From Verrucomicrobiota bacterium (GTDB lineage: Bacteria; Verrucomicrobiota; Verrucomicrobiia; Limisphaerales; UBA11358), in NCBI GenBank assembly GCA_049522015.1, contig JBEKOG010000001.1, forward strand, positions 142,659 to 206,658: a stretch of 64,000 nucleotides of DNA. The letters run 5' to 3'. Of this stretch, positions 23,505 through 31,802 are shown one piece after another. Made by a program: the position numbers and the translations under genes. The notes beneath the pieces were generated by a model, which saw nothing but the letters and a program-made list of their open reading frames with translations, had not been told where the DNA came from and searched no databases. Numbering within the stretch: position 1 is the first letter of the stretch; every line of letters begins with the position of its first letter.

Positions 23505-24500
23505 TTATTTATTTGCAGGGAGTTGCGAAGGAATCGTCGCGTTCAGATAACTGGCGATGGAGGCGATTTGTATCTCCGAGAACGGACCGCCATCGGCAGT
23601 GGAAAACGCTGGCATCAGCGAGTCGGCCTTGCCATGCGCAATCCAGGTTTGCCAGAAATCCACATTGGTCGGAGTTTTGATGTTGTGCAAATCCGAGACC
23701 ATGCTGGCGCGCGTTTTGGATTCATGGCAGATGGCACAGACGGCGTCGTAAAGCGGCTTGCCGTATTTGCCCGCGCCGGGTTTGACGTGGCAGGACGCGC
23801 AATCGCCGCGAAAAACCGCCTGACGGTCGGCCTTGGCCATTTCTAGGGCACGCGCGCGGTCGGCAGCGGATTGGGTTGGAACCACCGGCGGCAGAATGGT
23901 GACTTTGAGGTCGAGCCGTTTGAAGCCCTTGTCGGTCTTCACATTGACCGTCTTGATTTGCATTCCGGTTTTTCCAGCCAGGTTGACCGTGAGGCCAATC
24001 TGTCCGTTGGTGCCGGGTGCAATGATCCAGGGCAACGGCGGCAATTGTGCCGTGGTGCAGCCGCAGGACGGATGAACATCCAGAATGGCCACGGGAACCG
24101 GCTTGGTAACGTTGTTCGTCGTGATGCTGGTGGCCGTGGAAAAGTTGGTGACGAAGGAAATTTTTTTGAACCAGATGAAAGACGAATTGGTGACCGCCGT
24201 GATGTTGGTAAGGGTCGTGACGTTGGTGACCAAGGCGGTTTCATGAACCGTTGCAATGTTGGTGAAGCTGAAAACAAAATGGGCACTTCCGGCATCCGCC
24301 GCCACCGTGGTCTCCTGCGTCAGGCCGTTCCAAGCCAGCACGCCATCGGGCAGCGGGTCGTTTTGATGCGAGGTGTCCGGCACATAAACCGCCGCAGTGG
24401 CCGCCGCCGCGTTGGTGGAATGGCTGTCCGCCGCCAAAAGTCTTCCGCTGGCAAGAACGATGCCCGCGACTCCGCAAACAAAAACGCGCCGTAATTTCAT
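23505..24500 (-). CDS. Secreted DUF1573 domain protein fused to a di-heme cytochrome c module
   Basis: Signal peptide MKLRRVFVCGVAGIVLASG. HPSCGCTTAQLP is the DUF1573 hallmark. Two CxxCH motifs (CASCH, CAICH) lie in the C-terminal ~100 aa. Confidence 0.75.
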   Translation of the reverse strand: MKLRRVFVCGVAGIVLASGRLLAADSHSTNAAAATAAVYVPDTSHQNDPLPDGVLAWNGLTQETTVAADAGSAHFVFSFTNIATVHETALVTNVTTLTNITAVTNSSFIWFKKISFVTNFSTATSITTNNVTKPVPVAILDVHPSCGCTTAQLPPLPWIIAPGTNGQIGLTVNLAGKTGMQIKTVNVKTDKGFKRLDLKVTILPPVVPTQSAADRARALEMAKADRQAVFRGDCASCHVKPGAGKYGKPLYDAVCAICHESKTRASMVSDLHNIKTPTNVDFWQTWIAHGKADSLMPAFSTADGGPFSEIQIASIASYLNATIPSQLPANK

Positions 24501-24670
24501 AGTCGGATTCGGAAACTAAACCATTCGTCCCTGTTTGACGAGCCGGAAATGGCTTGGTTACAAACATAATGCCGCTGGCGGGTCGCATACAGGCGGTTTC
24601 CTTTCCTGTCCGAACACCCTGAAAGGTGGATACCAAACGTTTGGTGTCCATGCTTTAGCGTGTCATTTGA

Positions 24671-26326
24671 TTACGACCGGTTCAACGCACTCAACACGGC
24701 GCGCACGGAGGCAAGCTCGATGTTCGTGTCCACGCCCGCGCCCCAGCGGGTTTTGCCATCGGCGTGCTTGATTTGAATGTAAGCAATCGCAACAGCCTCT
24801 TCGCCGGAACTCAAGGCGTGCTCGCTGTAATTGGCAATTTCAAAACGCGACACACCGATTTTGCTGAAACCGTGGACGAGCGCGGCGAGCGGGCCGTTGC
24901 CTTCGCCGGAAAGTTCGACCGGCTTGCCGTCGCGCAAAAATTTTGCGCGGCAACGGACGACGCCGTTTTTGCTCTCGGTTTCAAAGCGCTTGAGCTCCCA
25001 CGGCCGGGCCCGTTCGATGTATTCGCGCCAGAACATCGCCTTCAACTCCGCGCCGGTGACTTCCCGGCCAAGCTTATCCACCTCGTCGTTGGCGATCGGC
25101 CCAAACTCGCGCTGCATGTCCTTGGGCAACTCGATGCCGAACTCGCTTTCGAGCAAATACGCCACGCCGCCCTTGCCGGACTGGCTGTTGACGCGGATGA
25201 CCTCGCGGTATTCGCGCCCGATGTCCCTCGGATCAATCGTGAGATACGGCACGTCCCAATGCGTGCGGCCATTCTCCTTCCATTCGTTCAAACCTTTCCG
25301 GATGGCGTCCTGGTGCGAACCGCTGAACGCCGTGAAAACCAGTTCGCCCGCATAAGGCTGGCGCGCCGGCACGGTCATGCCGGTGCAACGCTCATAAACT
25401 TCGATGAGCGGGTTGAGATTGGAAAAATCCAGCTTTGGATCGATGCCATGCTGGTAAAGGTTCAACGCCACAGTGACGATATCGAGATTGCCCGTGCGTT
25501 CGCCGTTGCCAAACAGCGTGCCTTCGACGCGGTCCGCGCCCGCCAGCAGGCCAAGTTCCGTCGCTGCGACGCCGGTGCAGCGGTCATTGTGCGTGTGCAA
25601 ACTGATGATGAGCGACCCGCGGTTCTTGATGTTCCGGCACATCCATTCAATCTGATCGGCATAAATATTCGGCATCGCCACCTCAACGGTATCGGGCAGA
25701 TTCAAAATCATCTTCCGCTTTGGCGTCGGCCGCCATACATCCATGACCGCTTCGGAAATTTCCTTTGCAAATTCCATTTCCGTTGCGCTGAAACTTTCCG
25801 GCGAATACTGGAGCATGACTTCCGTGCCTTTGAGGCGTGGCAACCGGTCTTTGATCCATTGCGCGCCGCGCACGGCGACCCCGACGATTTCCGCCTTCGA
25901 TTTCCCGAACACGACACGGCGTTGGGCGGGGGAGGTCGAGTTGTAAAGATGGATGATGGCCTTCTTTGCGCCGACCAGCGATTCGACGGTGCGCTCGATC
26001 AAATCCTCGCGCGCCTGCACGAGCACCTGGAGCCACAAGTCGTCCGGCGCGCGTTTTTCCTCAATGAGCCGGCGGTTAAACGCGAACTCGGTATTCGATG
26101 CGGACGGGAAACCAACTTCGATTTCCTTGAAGCCGCATTTTACGAGTGTCTGGAACAACTCAAGTTTCTGGCCGATGTTCATGGGCACGGCGAGCGCCTG
26201 GTTGCCGTCCCGCAAATCCACGCTGCACCAGACGGGCGCGTGCTTGAGGACGCGGTTCGGCCACTGCCGGTCGGGCAGGCTGACCGGCGGGAACGGACGG
26301 TATTTTTTCGACGGTTGTTTGTGCAT
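24671..26326 (-). CDS. leuA: 2-isopropylmalate synthase (long LeuA type)
   Basis: VDLRDGNQA, HTHNDRCTGVA and a C-terminal regulatory domain. The start is taken at MHKQPSKKYRPF (ATG 26326), because the 13 upstream codons of the track ORF are encoded by a repeat element. Confidence 0.93.
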   Translation of the reverse strand: MHKQPSKKYRPFPPVSLPDRQWPNRVLKHAPVWCSVDLRDGNQALAVPMNIGQKLELFQTLVKCGFKEIEVGFPSASNTEFAFNRRLIEEKRAPDDLWLQVLVQAREDLIERTVESLVGAKKAIIHLYNSTSPAQRRVVFGKSKAEIVGVAVRGAQWIKDRLPRLKGTEVMLQYSPESFSATEMEFAKEISEAVMDVWRPTPKRKMILNLPDTVEVAMPNIYADQIEWMCRNIKNRGSLIISLHTHNDRCTGVAATELGLLAGADRVEGTLFGNGERTGNLDIVTVALNLYQHGIDPKLDFSNLNPLIEVYERCTGMTVPARQPYAGELVFTAFSGSHQDAIRKGLNEWKENGRTHWDVPYLTIDPRDIGREYREVIRVNSQSGKGGVAYLLESEFGIELPKDMQREFGPIANDEVDKLGREVTGAELKAMFWREYIERARPWELKRFETESKNGVVRCRAKFLRDGKPVELSGEGNGPLAALVHGFSKIGVSRFEIANYSEHALSSGEEAVAIAYIQIKHADGKTRWGAGVDTNIELASVRAVLSALNRS

Positions 26327-26348
26327 AAACTCAGGCGTTGACGGAATT

Positions 26349-26511
26349 AAACCACGGATGAACACGGATGGACACGGATAAAATGCAGATCCATTGGTGG
26401 GGCGGGCAGTCCTCTGCCCGCCGCTCGTAGCAATGACAATCCAACGGCGCGCACGGAGTGACGCGCCCTACCCAAAATCCGTATCTATTCGTGTTCATTC
26501 GAGGTTAAAAA
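26349..26511. repeat. Nested repeat: ~33-nt inverted arms (aaccacggatgaacacggatggacacggataaaa / its complement) enclosing a 74-nt MITE-like element
   Basis: The left arm is 26349-26383 and the right arm 26474-26506. The inner element 26399-26472 (...cagtcctctgcccgcc...ggcgcgcacggagtgacgcgccctacc) is a twin of the element inside DLP1 at 37366-37440. Arm-like copies also occur at 30385-30412 and 52819-52852. Confidence 0.8.
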
Positions 26512-26546
26512 CAAAAACCCCACCGCCGTCTGGCAGTGGGGTTTTC
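26507..26546 (-). terminator. Rho-independent terminator-like hairpin downstream of the 26664..27302 gene
   Basis: aaaaccccac (26514-26523) pairs with gtggggtttt (26536-26545). On the minus strand the stem is followed by tttttgttttt. Confidence 0.55.
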
Positions 26547-26663
26547 AAATTATTCAAACGCAATCAGAACCCGACCGCCGCGCGGCAACGCAGCGCGTTT
26601 AGCAGCAGATTCAGATTCAAATTGCGATTCACGTTGTAAAGATAGCAGTTTGGGTTCGGCGGG

Positions 26664-27302
26664 TCAAATCGTTTTCTTCTTTTCAAACCGACGTTTTTCG
26701 CCGTTCCATTCCACATTCACTTTCAAAGTCGAACTCAACAGCGGGGCGAGCAGATGAATCGCCTTGTTGATTTCTGCGGCATTATCAAACTCGCACTTGA
26801 TTTTCTCTCCGTGCCGCACGACCAAATTCAGCCGCCCGGCCTTTCCGCTGTTCTGAAACAAGGCCGGGGCTTCGATGGCGGCGTCGCGAATTTCGGCCAG
26901 GTTCAACTTGAAATTGTTTTCACTTTCGCGAAGCAATTCCCCCGGATCACCCTCCTCAAGCCGTTGATGTTTCGCCTTGGTTTTTCTTTTGTTGAACAGC
27001 CACAGGGTCAGTGGAATTATACCACCAGCCGGACCGAGGAAAGGAACCGCCGCTTCCAAAACGGATCTGGATCCGCCCTCAACCTGAATGAACAGCAGGT
27101 CGCTCCGTTCGACAAAAATCCGGTATTTGCCGGCGGATGAAAGGGGAGAAACCAATATGACGTTGAATGCTGTTCCAGCGGCTTCAGATCGGGCTGCGAT
27201 CTTTCTTTGTTTTTCCGCCGGATTGATGACCGGTTGCCCGTCAACCGGACAAACAACGACATCATCGGCATATTGTTTTCCGCAGTATTCGCAACTTTTC
27301 AT
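26664..27302 (-). CDS. Hypothetical protein with an N-terminal zinc-ribbon (CxxC...CPxxG)
   Basis: MKSCEYCGKQYADDVVVCPVDG, followed by one hydrophobic stretch and a Lys-rich tail. No family recognised. Confidence 0.6.
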   Translation of the reverse strand: MKSCEYCGKQYADDVVVCPVDGQPVINPAEKQRKIAARSEAAGTAFNVILVSPLSSAGKYRIFVERSDLLFIQVEGGSRSVLEAAVPFLGPAGGIIPLTLWLFNKRKTKAKHQRLEEGDPGELLRESENNFKLNLAEIRDAAIEAPALFQNSGKAGRLNLVVRHGEKIKCEFDNAAEINKAIHLLAPLLSSTLKVNVEWNGEKRRFEKKKTI

Positions 27303-27342
27303 GTCTCCTCACTTTGGCCGGTGGGAGGGCAGGGCGGCGGCA

Positions 27343-28566
27343 TCAGCCGATAAACGCCGCGTGAACGGCTTTCATCGCGGCCTCGCCCTTCGCCAGATCA
27401 ATGACAACGGAGATTTTGATTTCGCTCGTCGAAATCATGTCAATGTTCACACCTTCCTTGGCCAGCGTTTCAAAAAGTTTTCCGGCCACGCCCGTGTGGC
27501 TCTTCATGCCGACGCCGCAGATGGACAGCTTGCCGATTTTCTCGGCGGTGATCACGTTGCGCAGACCGAGTTCTTTTTTCAGGCCGTCAATGACCTTCTG
27601 CGCCTTGAGCAGATCCGGCTTGTCCACCGTAAAGGAAATGTCCGTTGTCCCGACCTTGTCGGGAATGCCGTGACTGATGTTTTGCACGATCATGTCCACG
27701 TTCACGGTTGCGTCGCCGAGCGCCTTGAAAATGCGCGCGGCCACGCCGGGTTTGTCGGGCACGCCGACGAGCGTGATTTTGGCCTGGTTTTTGTCGAGCG
27801 AGACACCGCGCACGACGATGCCTTCCATGCTTTTGGTTTCTTCTTTCACAATGGTTCCGGGGTTTTCATTGAGGCTGGAGCGGACTTCAAAGACCACTCC
27901 GAATTTTTTGGCAAATTCAACCGAACGGCTTTGCATCACCTTCGCGCCGAGGCTGGCGAGTTCGAGCATTTCGTCGTAGGAAATTTCCGGCAGCTTCTTC
28001 GCGGTCGGCACAATGCGCGGATCGGCGGTATAGACGCCGTCCACGTCCGTGTAAATCTGGCAAAGATCGGCCTTGAGCGCGGCGGCGAGCGCAATGGCCG
28101 TCAAATCCGAACCGCCGCGGCCCAGCGTCGTGATCTGGCCTTCGGGCGTTTCGCCCTGAAAACCGGCCACGATGACGACATTGCCCGATTTCAGAAGCTC
28201 GTGGACTTTCTTCGGCGTGATGTTGTGAATCCGGGCCTTGGTGTGGACCACGTCGGTGACAATGCCCGCCTGCGGGCCGGTGAGCGATACGGCCGGCACG
28301 TTCAGCGCGTGCAGCGCCATGGCCGTGAGGGCGATGGTCTGCTGTTCGCCGGTGGCGAGCAGTACGTCCATCTCGCGTTCATTCGGCAGCGGCATGATTT
28401 TCTTGGCCAGCTTGATCAAATTATCCGTCACGCCGCTCATGGCCGAAACGACAACGACGACCTGGTCGCCCCGCGCGCGATATTTGGCCACGCGCGCCGC
28501 GACATTTTTGATGCGGTCGGGGTTGCCGACCGACGTTCCGCCATATTTTTGAACAATCAAAGACAT
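27343..28566 (-). CDS. lysC: Aspartate kinase
   Basis: IVQKYGGTSVG, GRGGSDLTA and two C-terminal ACT-like repeats. It lies 40 nt downstream of hom on the same strand. Confidence 0.93.
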   Translation of the reverse strand: MSLIVQKYGGTSVGNPDRIKNVAARVAKYRARGDQVVVVVSAMSGVTDNLIKLAKKIMPLPNEREMDVLLATGEQQTIALTAMALHALNVPAVSLTGPQAGIVTDVVHTKARIHNITPKKVHELLKSGNVVIVAGFQGETPEGQITTLGRGGSDLTAIALAAALKADLCQIYTDVDGVYTADPRIVPTAKKLPEISYDEMLELASLGAKVMQSRSVEFAKKFGVVFEVRSSLNENPGTIVKEETKSMEGIVVRGVSLDKNQAKITLVGVPDKPGVAARIFKALGDATVNVDMIVQNISHGIPDKVGTTDISFTVDKPDLLKAQKVIDGLKKELGLRNVITAEKIGKLSICGVGMKSHTGVAGKLFETLAKEGVNIDMISTSEIKISVVIDLAKGEAAMKAVHAAFIG

Positions 28567-28606
28567 TTTCTAAAAGTATTCAGAATTCAGGAGCCAGAAT
28601 TTAGAA

Positions 28607-29938
28607 TCATTCAAAATTCTCCACGCGCAGCATCACCGGCTTGCCTTTGATGACCGGCAACTGGCTGATTTTTTTTAATGCGCCGGTGACCGCGCCGTTG
28701 GTGGCGTAATGCAGCATGAAAATCAGCGGCACACTCCCGCCTTCATGGCCTTCCGGCTGGATCACGGACGAGATGCCGATTTTTGCCACGCCAAAAATGG
28801 CGGCGATTTTCGCCAGCGTCCCCGGACGGTCCACAACGTTGAGCCGGACAAAATACTGCGAAACGGCGTCTTCGATCGGCACAACCGCCCCGGCGCATTC
28901 GTGCGGCACAAATGGCGGCACGCGTTGTTTGCTGCCGGACTTCAAGTCGAGCGCCGCGTCGGCCAGATCGCTGAGCACCGCGCTGGCCGTGGCGTCCTTG
29001 CCCGCGCCGCGTCCGTAAAACAGCGTGTCGCCGACAATGTCGCCGCGCACAAACACGGCGTTAAAGACGTGGTTCACGCTGGCGAGAACATGTGCGTTTG
29101 GCACGAGCGTCGGATAAACCGAAACCTGGACGCGGCAACCGCGTTTGCCCTCGACCCTCGACCCTCGACCCTCGACCGTTTTGATAATGCCGAGCAGCTT
29201 GATCGTGTAACCCAGTTCGCCGGCAAATTTGATGTCCAATGCGGAAACATGGCGGATGCCTTCGACGTGGATTTTCTTCGGGTTGACCCAGAAACCGTGT
29301 GCGAGCGACGCCAGAATGCCGATTTTGTGCGCGGCGTCATGGCCGTCAATGTCGAGGTCCGGCGGCGTCTCGGCGTAACCCTGCTTTTGCGCGTCGGCGA
29401 GCACGGCGTCGAAGTCCGCGCCTTCCAGCTTCATCCGCGTGAGGATGTAATTGCAGGTGCCGTTGATGATGCCGTAGAGGTGCGTGATGCGGTTGCCGAC
29501 GAACCCTTCGCGCAGCGATTTGATGATGGGAATGCCGCCGCAAACGCTCGCCTCATAATAAAGATTCGCGCCGTATTTTTTGGCCGCGGCAAACAGTTCC
29601 TCGCCGTGCGCGGACAGCAACGCCTTGTTGGCCGTGATGACCGGCTTGCCAAGCTTGAGTGCGGTAAGAACCATCGTCCGGGCGATGCCGGTGCCGCCGA
29701 CCAGTTCGGTGACGATGTCCACCTGCGGATCGTTGACGACGCTTTGCCAGTCGGTCGTCATGAGCGAACGCGAAATCGGATACGGCCGCGGTTCGTTGAA
29801 GGCCTTCACGGCGACTTTGCGGACGGCGACCTTGACACCGATGCGCGAGGCCATGAGGCCGCCGTTGAGCTGGAGCGCGTGAAACACGCCGCTGCCCACG
29901 GTGCCGCCGCCAATCATGCCAAGATTGACCTGTCGCAT
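28607..29938 (-). CDS. hom: Homoserine dehydrogenase with an in-frame heptamer-repeat insertion
   Basis: MRQVNLGMIGGGTVGSGV (NAD-binding), NGTCNYILTRM and a C-terminal ACT domain. The start is taken at ATG 29938. The 138 upstream codons of the track ORF run through intergenic repeats. Confidence 0.9.
   Translation of the reverse strand: MRQVNLGMIGGGTVGSGVFHALQLNGGLMASRIGVKVAVRKVAVKAFNEPRPYPISRSLMTTDWQSVVNDPQVDIVTELVGGTGIARTMVLTALKLGKPVITANKALLSAHGEELFAAAKKYGANLYYEASVCGGIPIIKSLREGFVGNRITHLYGIINGTCNYILTRMKLEGADFDAVLADAQKQGYAETPPDLDIDGHDAAHKIGILASLAHGFWVNPKKIHVEGIRHVSALDIKFAGELGYTIKLLGIIKTVEGRGSRVEGKRGCRVQVSVYPTLVPNAHVLASVNHVFNAVFVRGDIVGDTLFYGRGAGKDATASAVLSDLADAALDLKSGSKQRVPPFVPHECAGAVVPIEDAVSQYFVRLNVVDRPGTLAKIAAIFGVAKIGISSVIQPEGHEGGSVPLIFMLHYATNGAVTGALKKISQLPVIKGKPVMLRVENFE
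29148..29177. repeat. Heptamer tandem repeat ccctcga x4 inside hom
   Basis: ccctcgaccctcgaccctcgaccctcgaccg encodes VEGRGSRVEG in the hom frame. Confidence 0.85.
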
Positions 29939-30096
29939 AGGAACCATAAGACTGCCGTGAAATGGAGCCGGGGACAATTCAATTTTAACCGCGAAAAACA
30001 CGAAGCACACAAAACTTTGCCGCAAAAAAGCGCAACCAAACGCGACACCTCGTGCCCACCGTGCCGCTGCGCATTTTTTGGCGTTAATCCGACGTG

Positions 30097-30163
30097 ACAA
30101 AACTTTGTCCCACGTGGGACAAAGTTTTGTAAGCGGATCACACACGCGAAACAAGCGAAGGCC
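30097..30163. repeat. Repeat with a 34-nt perfect palindrome (acaaaactttgtcccacgtgggacaaagttttgt) plus a 33-nt tail
   Basis: The reverse complement recurs nearly identically at 52717-52783. Confidence 0.9.
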
Positions 30164-30211
30164 AGTAGTTATCCGTAATACAATCCTGCAACTTCGCGCA
30201 CGGACGACAAA

Positions 30212-30356
30212 GATTTGGACTGCGGTGGCAGAGCGCCCGTCCTCCGTAGCAGCACTGCGGAGGGTGGACAGCGGCGACACCGCTTTCCGTGCTGCCGGTT
30301 GCTTCCAAAAGCGGCGCGGCTCCCGCTCTAAGGGATTCCCGCCGCAGTCCAAAATC
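30212..30356. repeat. REP-like element with inverted termini gatttggactgcgg / ccgcagtccaaaatc
   Basis: The inverted ends are read directly, and the interior is GC-rich with further local stems (ctgcggagggtggacagcgg..., gcggcgcggctcccgc). Confidence 0.6.
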
Positions 30357-30388
30357 TGTGGTTGCGGCCAAAGGCCGCGTTGGGTTCA

Positions 30389-31618
30389 TCAGTGTCCATC
30401 CGTGGTTGCCGGTCTTGTCTGCAAAACCAGCAAGGCGCCGAGGGAAAACAATACCGCACTGTAGCCAAACGCCACGCTGGTGCCCGCCGCCGTCCACAAT
30501 GCGCCGACGATGATGCTCGACAGGAAATCGCCCACGCCGTTCACGGTGGCCAGCACACCGAACGCCATGCCGTGCTGTTCCTCACCCACCAGTTCCGCGC
30601 AGAACGAGTCTTCCAGCGTTTCTCCAATCGCCACATGCATGCCGCTGAGAATGAAAATAATGCCGAGCAGCCAGATGGTCATCGGCGCGGCCACAATCAG
30701 CAACGCCATCACCGCCGCCAGCGCGTAACCGAACGCGAGCACAAATTGCTTTTTGAAACGGTCCGCGAGCCCGCCCGCCACGTAGGCGAACCCGGCGTAA
30801 TAAATGTTCCGCAACACGTAAAACCCGACCGCGACGCTGGCGGCCATGGCCGGACCCAGCGCCGGCGCGAGCTTTTGCGTCGCCAGCAGAATCAACAACG
30901 TGGGGGCGAAGTCGCCCGCGCCGAAAATTCCGACGGCGACGAGAAATTTCCGGTAAGGCCGCGGCAGCAAACGCAGCCGTTCGCCGAATGAGACATGCGC
31001 CACGGGTTTACGCTCCTTTTCCCGGACCAGAAACGCTATCACTCCGGCGGCGCAAATACCGGGAATGAGCGTCAGCAGGAAAACACGGCGATAATTGTGG
31101 TGCAGCGCGGCGAGCAAAACAAAAGCCGTGGCCGGGCCGACAATTGCGCCGATGGTGTCCATCATCCGCTCGAAGCCGAAGGCGCGACCGTAGGTTTCGC
31201 GCGTGACAGCGGCGGCGAGCAGCGCCTTGCGCACGGGCGTGCGCACGCCGCGTCCGAGCCACGCGAGCGACCGCGAAATCAAAATGTGCCACGCCGCCGT
31301 TGCCAGTCCGAAAGACGCCGTGCCGAGCGCGGTGACGAGATAGCCAACGACGGCGATGGGTTTGCGGCGCTGCAGTTTGTCCGTGTAAAAGCCGGACGCC
31401 ATCTTGGCGAAGCTGGACAAGCCGTCGGCGACGCCTTCAATCACGCCGAGCCACGCCGCCGCCGCGCCCATGGACGCGAGAAACGCGGGCAGGACCGTCG
31501 TGGCGATTTCGTGCGACCAATCGCTGAACAGCGACGCCAGCCCGATGCCGAGGACGGTGCGGTTAAGCCAGCGGAATTTTGGCGGAGATCCTTTTGCGGA
31601 ATCAACTGAGGTTGACAT
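30389..31618 (-). CDS. MFS transporter
   Basis: 409 aa with about 12 hydrophobic segments. It starts 22 nt after the 53-aa ORF stop on the same strand. Its last codons (ATTDGH*) and stop are supplied by a cacggat-type repeat arm. Confidence 0.85.
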   Translation of the reverse strand: MSTSVDSAKGSPPKFRWLNRTVLGIGLASLFSDWSHEIATTVLPAFLASMGAAAAWLGVIEGVADGLSSFAKMASGFYTDKLQRRKPIAVVGYLVTALGTASFGLATAAWHILISRSLAWLGRGVRTPVRKALLAAAVTRETYGRAFGFERMMDTIGAIVGPATAFVLLAALHHNYRRVFLLTLIPGICAAGVIAFLVREKERKPVAHVSFGERLRLLPRPYRKFLVAVGIFGAGDFAPTLLILLATQKLAPALGPAMAASVAVGFYVLRNIYYAGFAYVAGGLADRFKKQFVLAFGYALAAVMALLIVAAPMTIWLLGIIFILSGMHVAIGETLEDSFCAELVGEEQHGMAFGVLATVNGVGDFLSSIIVGALWTAAGTSVAFGYSAVLFSLGALLVLQTRPATTDGH

Positions 31619-31640
31619 GCGCGGTTACTTTGACAAGGAA

Positions 31641-31802
31641 TCAGGGAGACTTCAACTGCGTCCGGACGGCTTCCAGTTCCCGGATGGCCTCACGCAGTTG
31701 CAGTTTGTTGGTATTGGTTTGCGCGAGCATTTGTTCCAGTGTGGCCAGTTCGTTCCGAACAGTTCCTTGGCTTGGCGGCGCAGTTGCGCAGTAGAAGGTC
31801 AT
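31641..31802 (-). CDS. 53-aa coiled-coil ORF (below the ORF-track cutoff), a paralog of the DLP2 C-terminal tail
   Basis: My translation is MTFYCATAPPSQGTVRNELATLEQMLAQTNTNKLQLREAIRELEAVRTQLKSP. Its ATG overlaps the upstream TGA (ATGA at 31799-31802). NELATLEQMLAQ is identical to a segment of DLP2. Confidence 0.5.
   Translation of the reverse strand: MTFYCATAPPSQGTVRNELATLEQMLAQTNTNKLQLREAIRELEAVRTQLKSP

Noticed and set aside
24764-26341. Large antisense or overlapping ORFs opposite strong genes. Examples: 2517..3572, 9525..10682, 12412..13500, 17138..18361, 21760..22722, 24764..26341, 27088..28650, 28709..30097, 33545..34459, 38795..39472, 40933..41850, 44423..45505, 48662..50020, 49125..50243, 50938..52065, 53615..54658, 55424..56503, 60094..61395 and 61853..63280.
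   Set aside because: These are typical high-GC shadow ORFs. They have Arg/Gly/Ala/His-rich low-complexity translations and no motifs, and each lies opposite a gene with unambiguous family signatures.
29939-30352. Long N-terminal extensions of track ORFs: hom to 30352, leuA to 26365, the eno paralog to 40984, GH-PA14 to 44399 and CPA2 to 42594.
   Set aside because: The extensions are translated from intergenic repeat elements. They precede canonical N-termini ([43 protein letters not shown], a signal peptide, and an SD-preceded MEHVWYV).
31641-31802. The small ORF as an FGE substrate or RiPP-like precursor, because of its single Cys (FYCATAPP) next to an FGE-fold enzyme.
   Set aside because: There is no C-x-P-x-R motif. 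The peptide is mostly a copy of the DLP2 coiled-coil tail, and no maturation or export genes typical of RiPP clusters are adjacent, apart from a generic MFS transporter.
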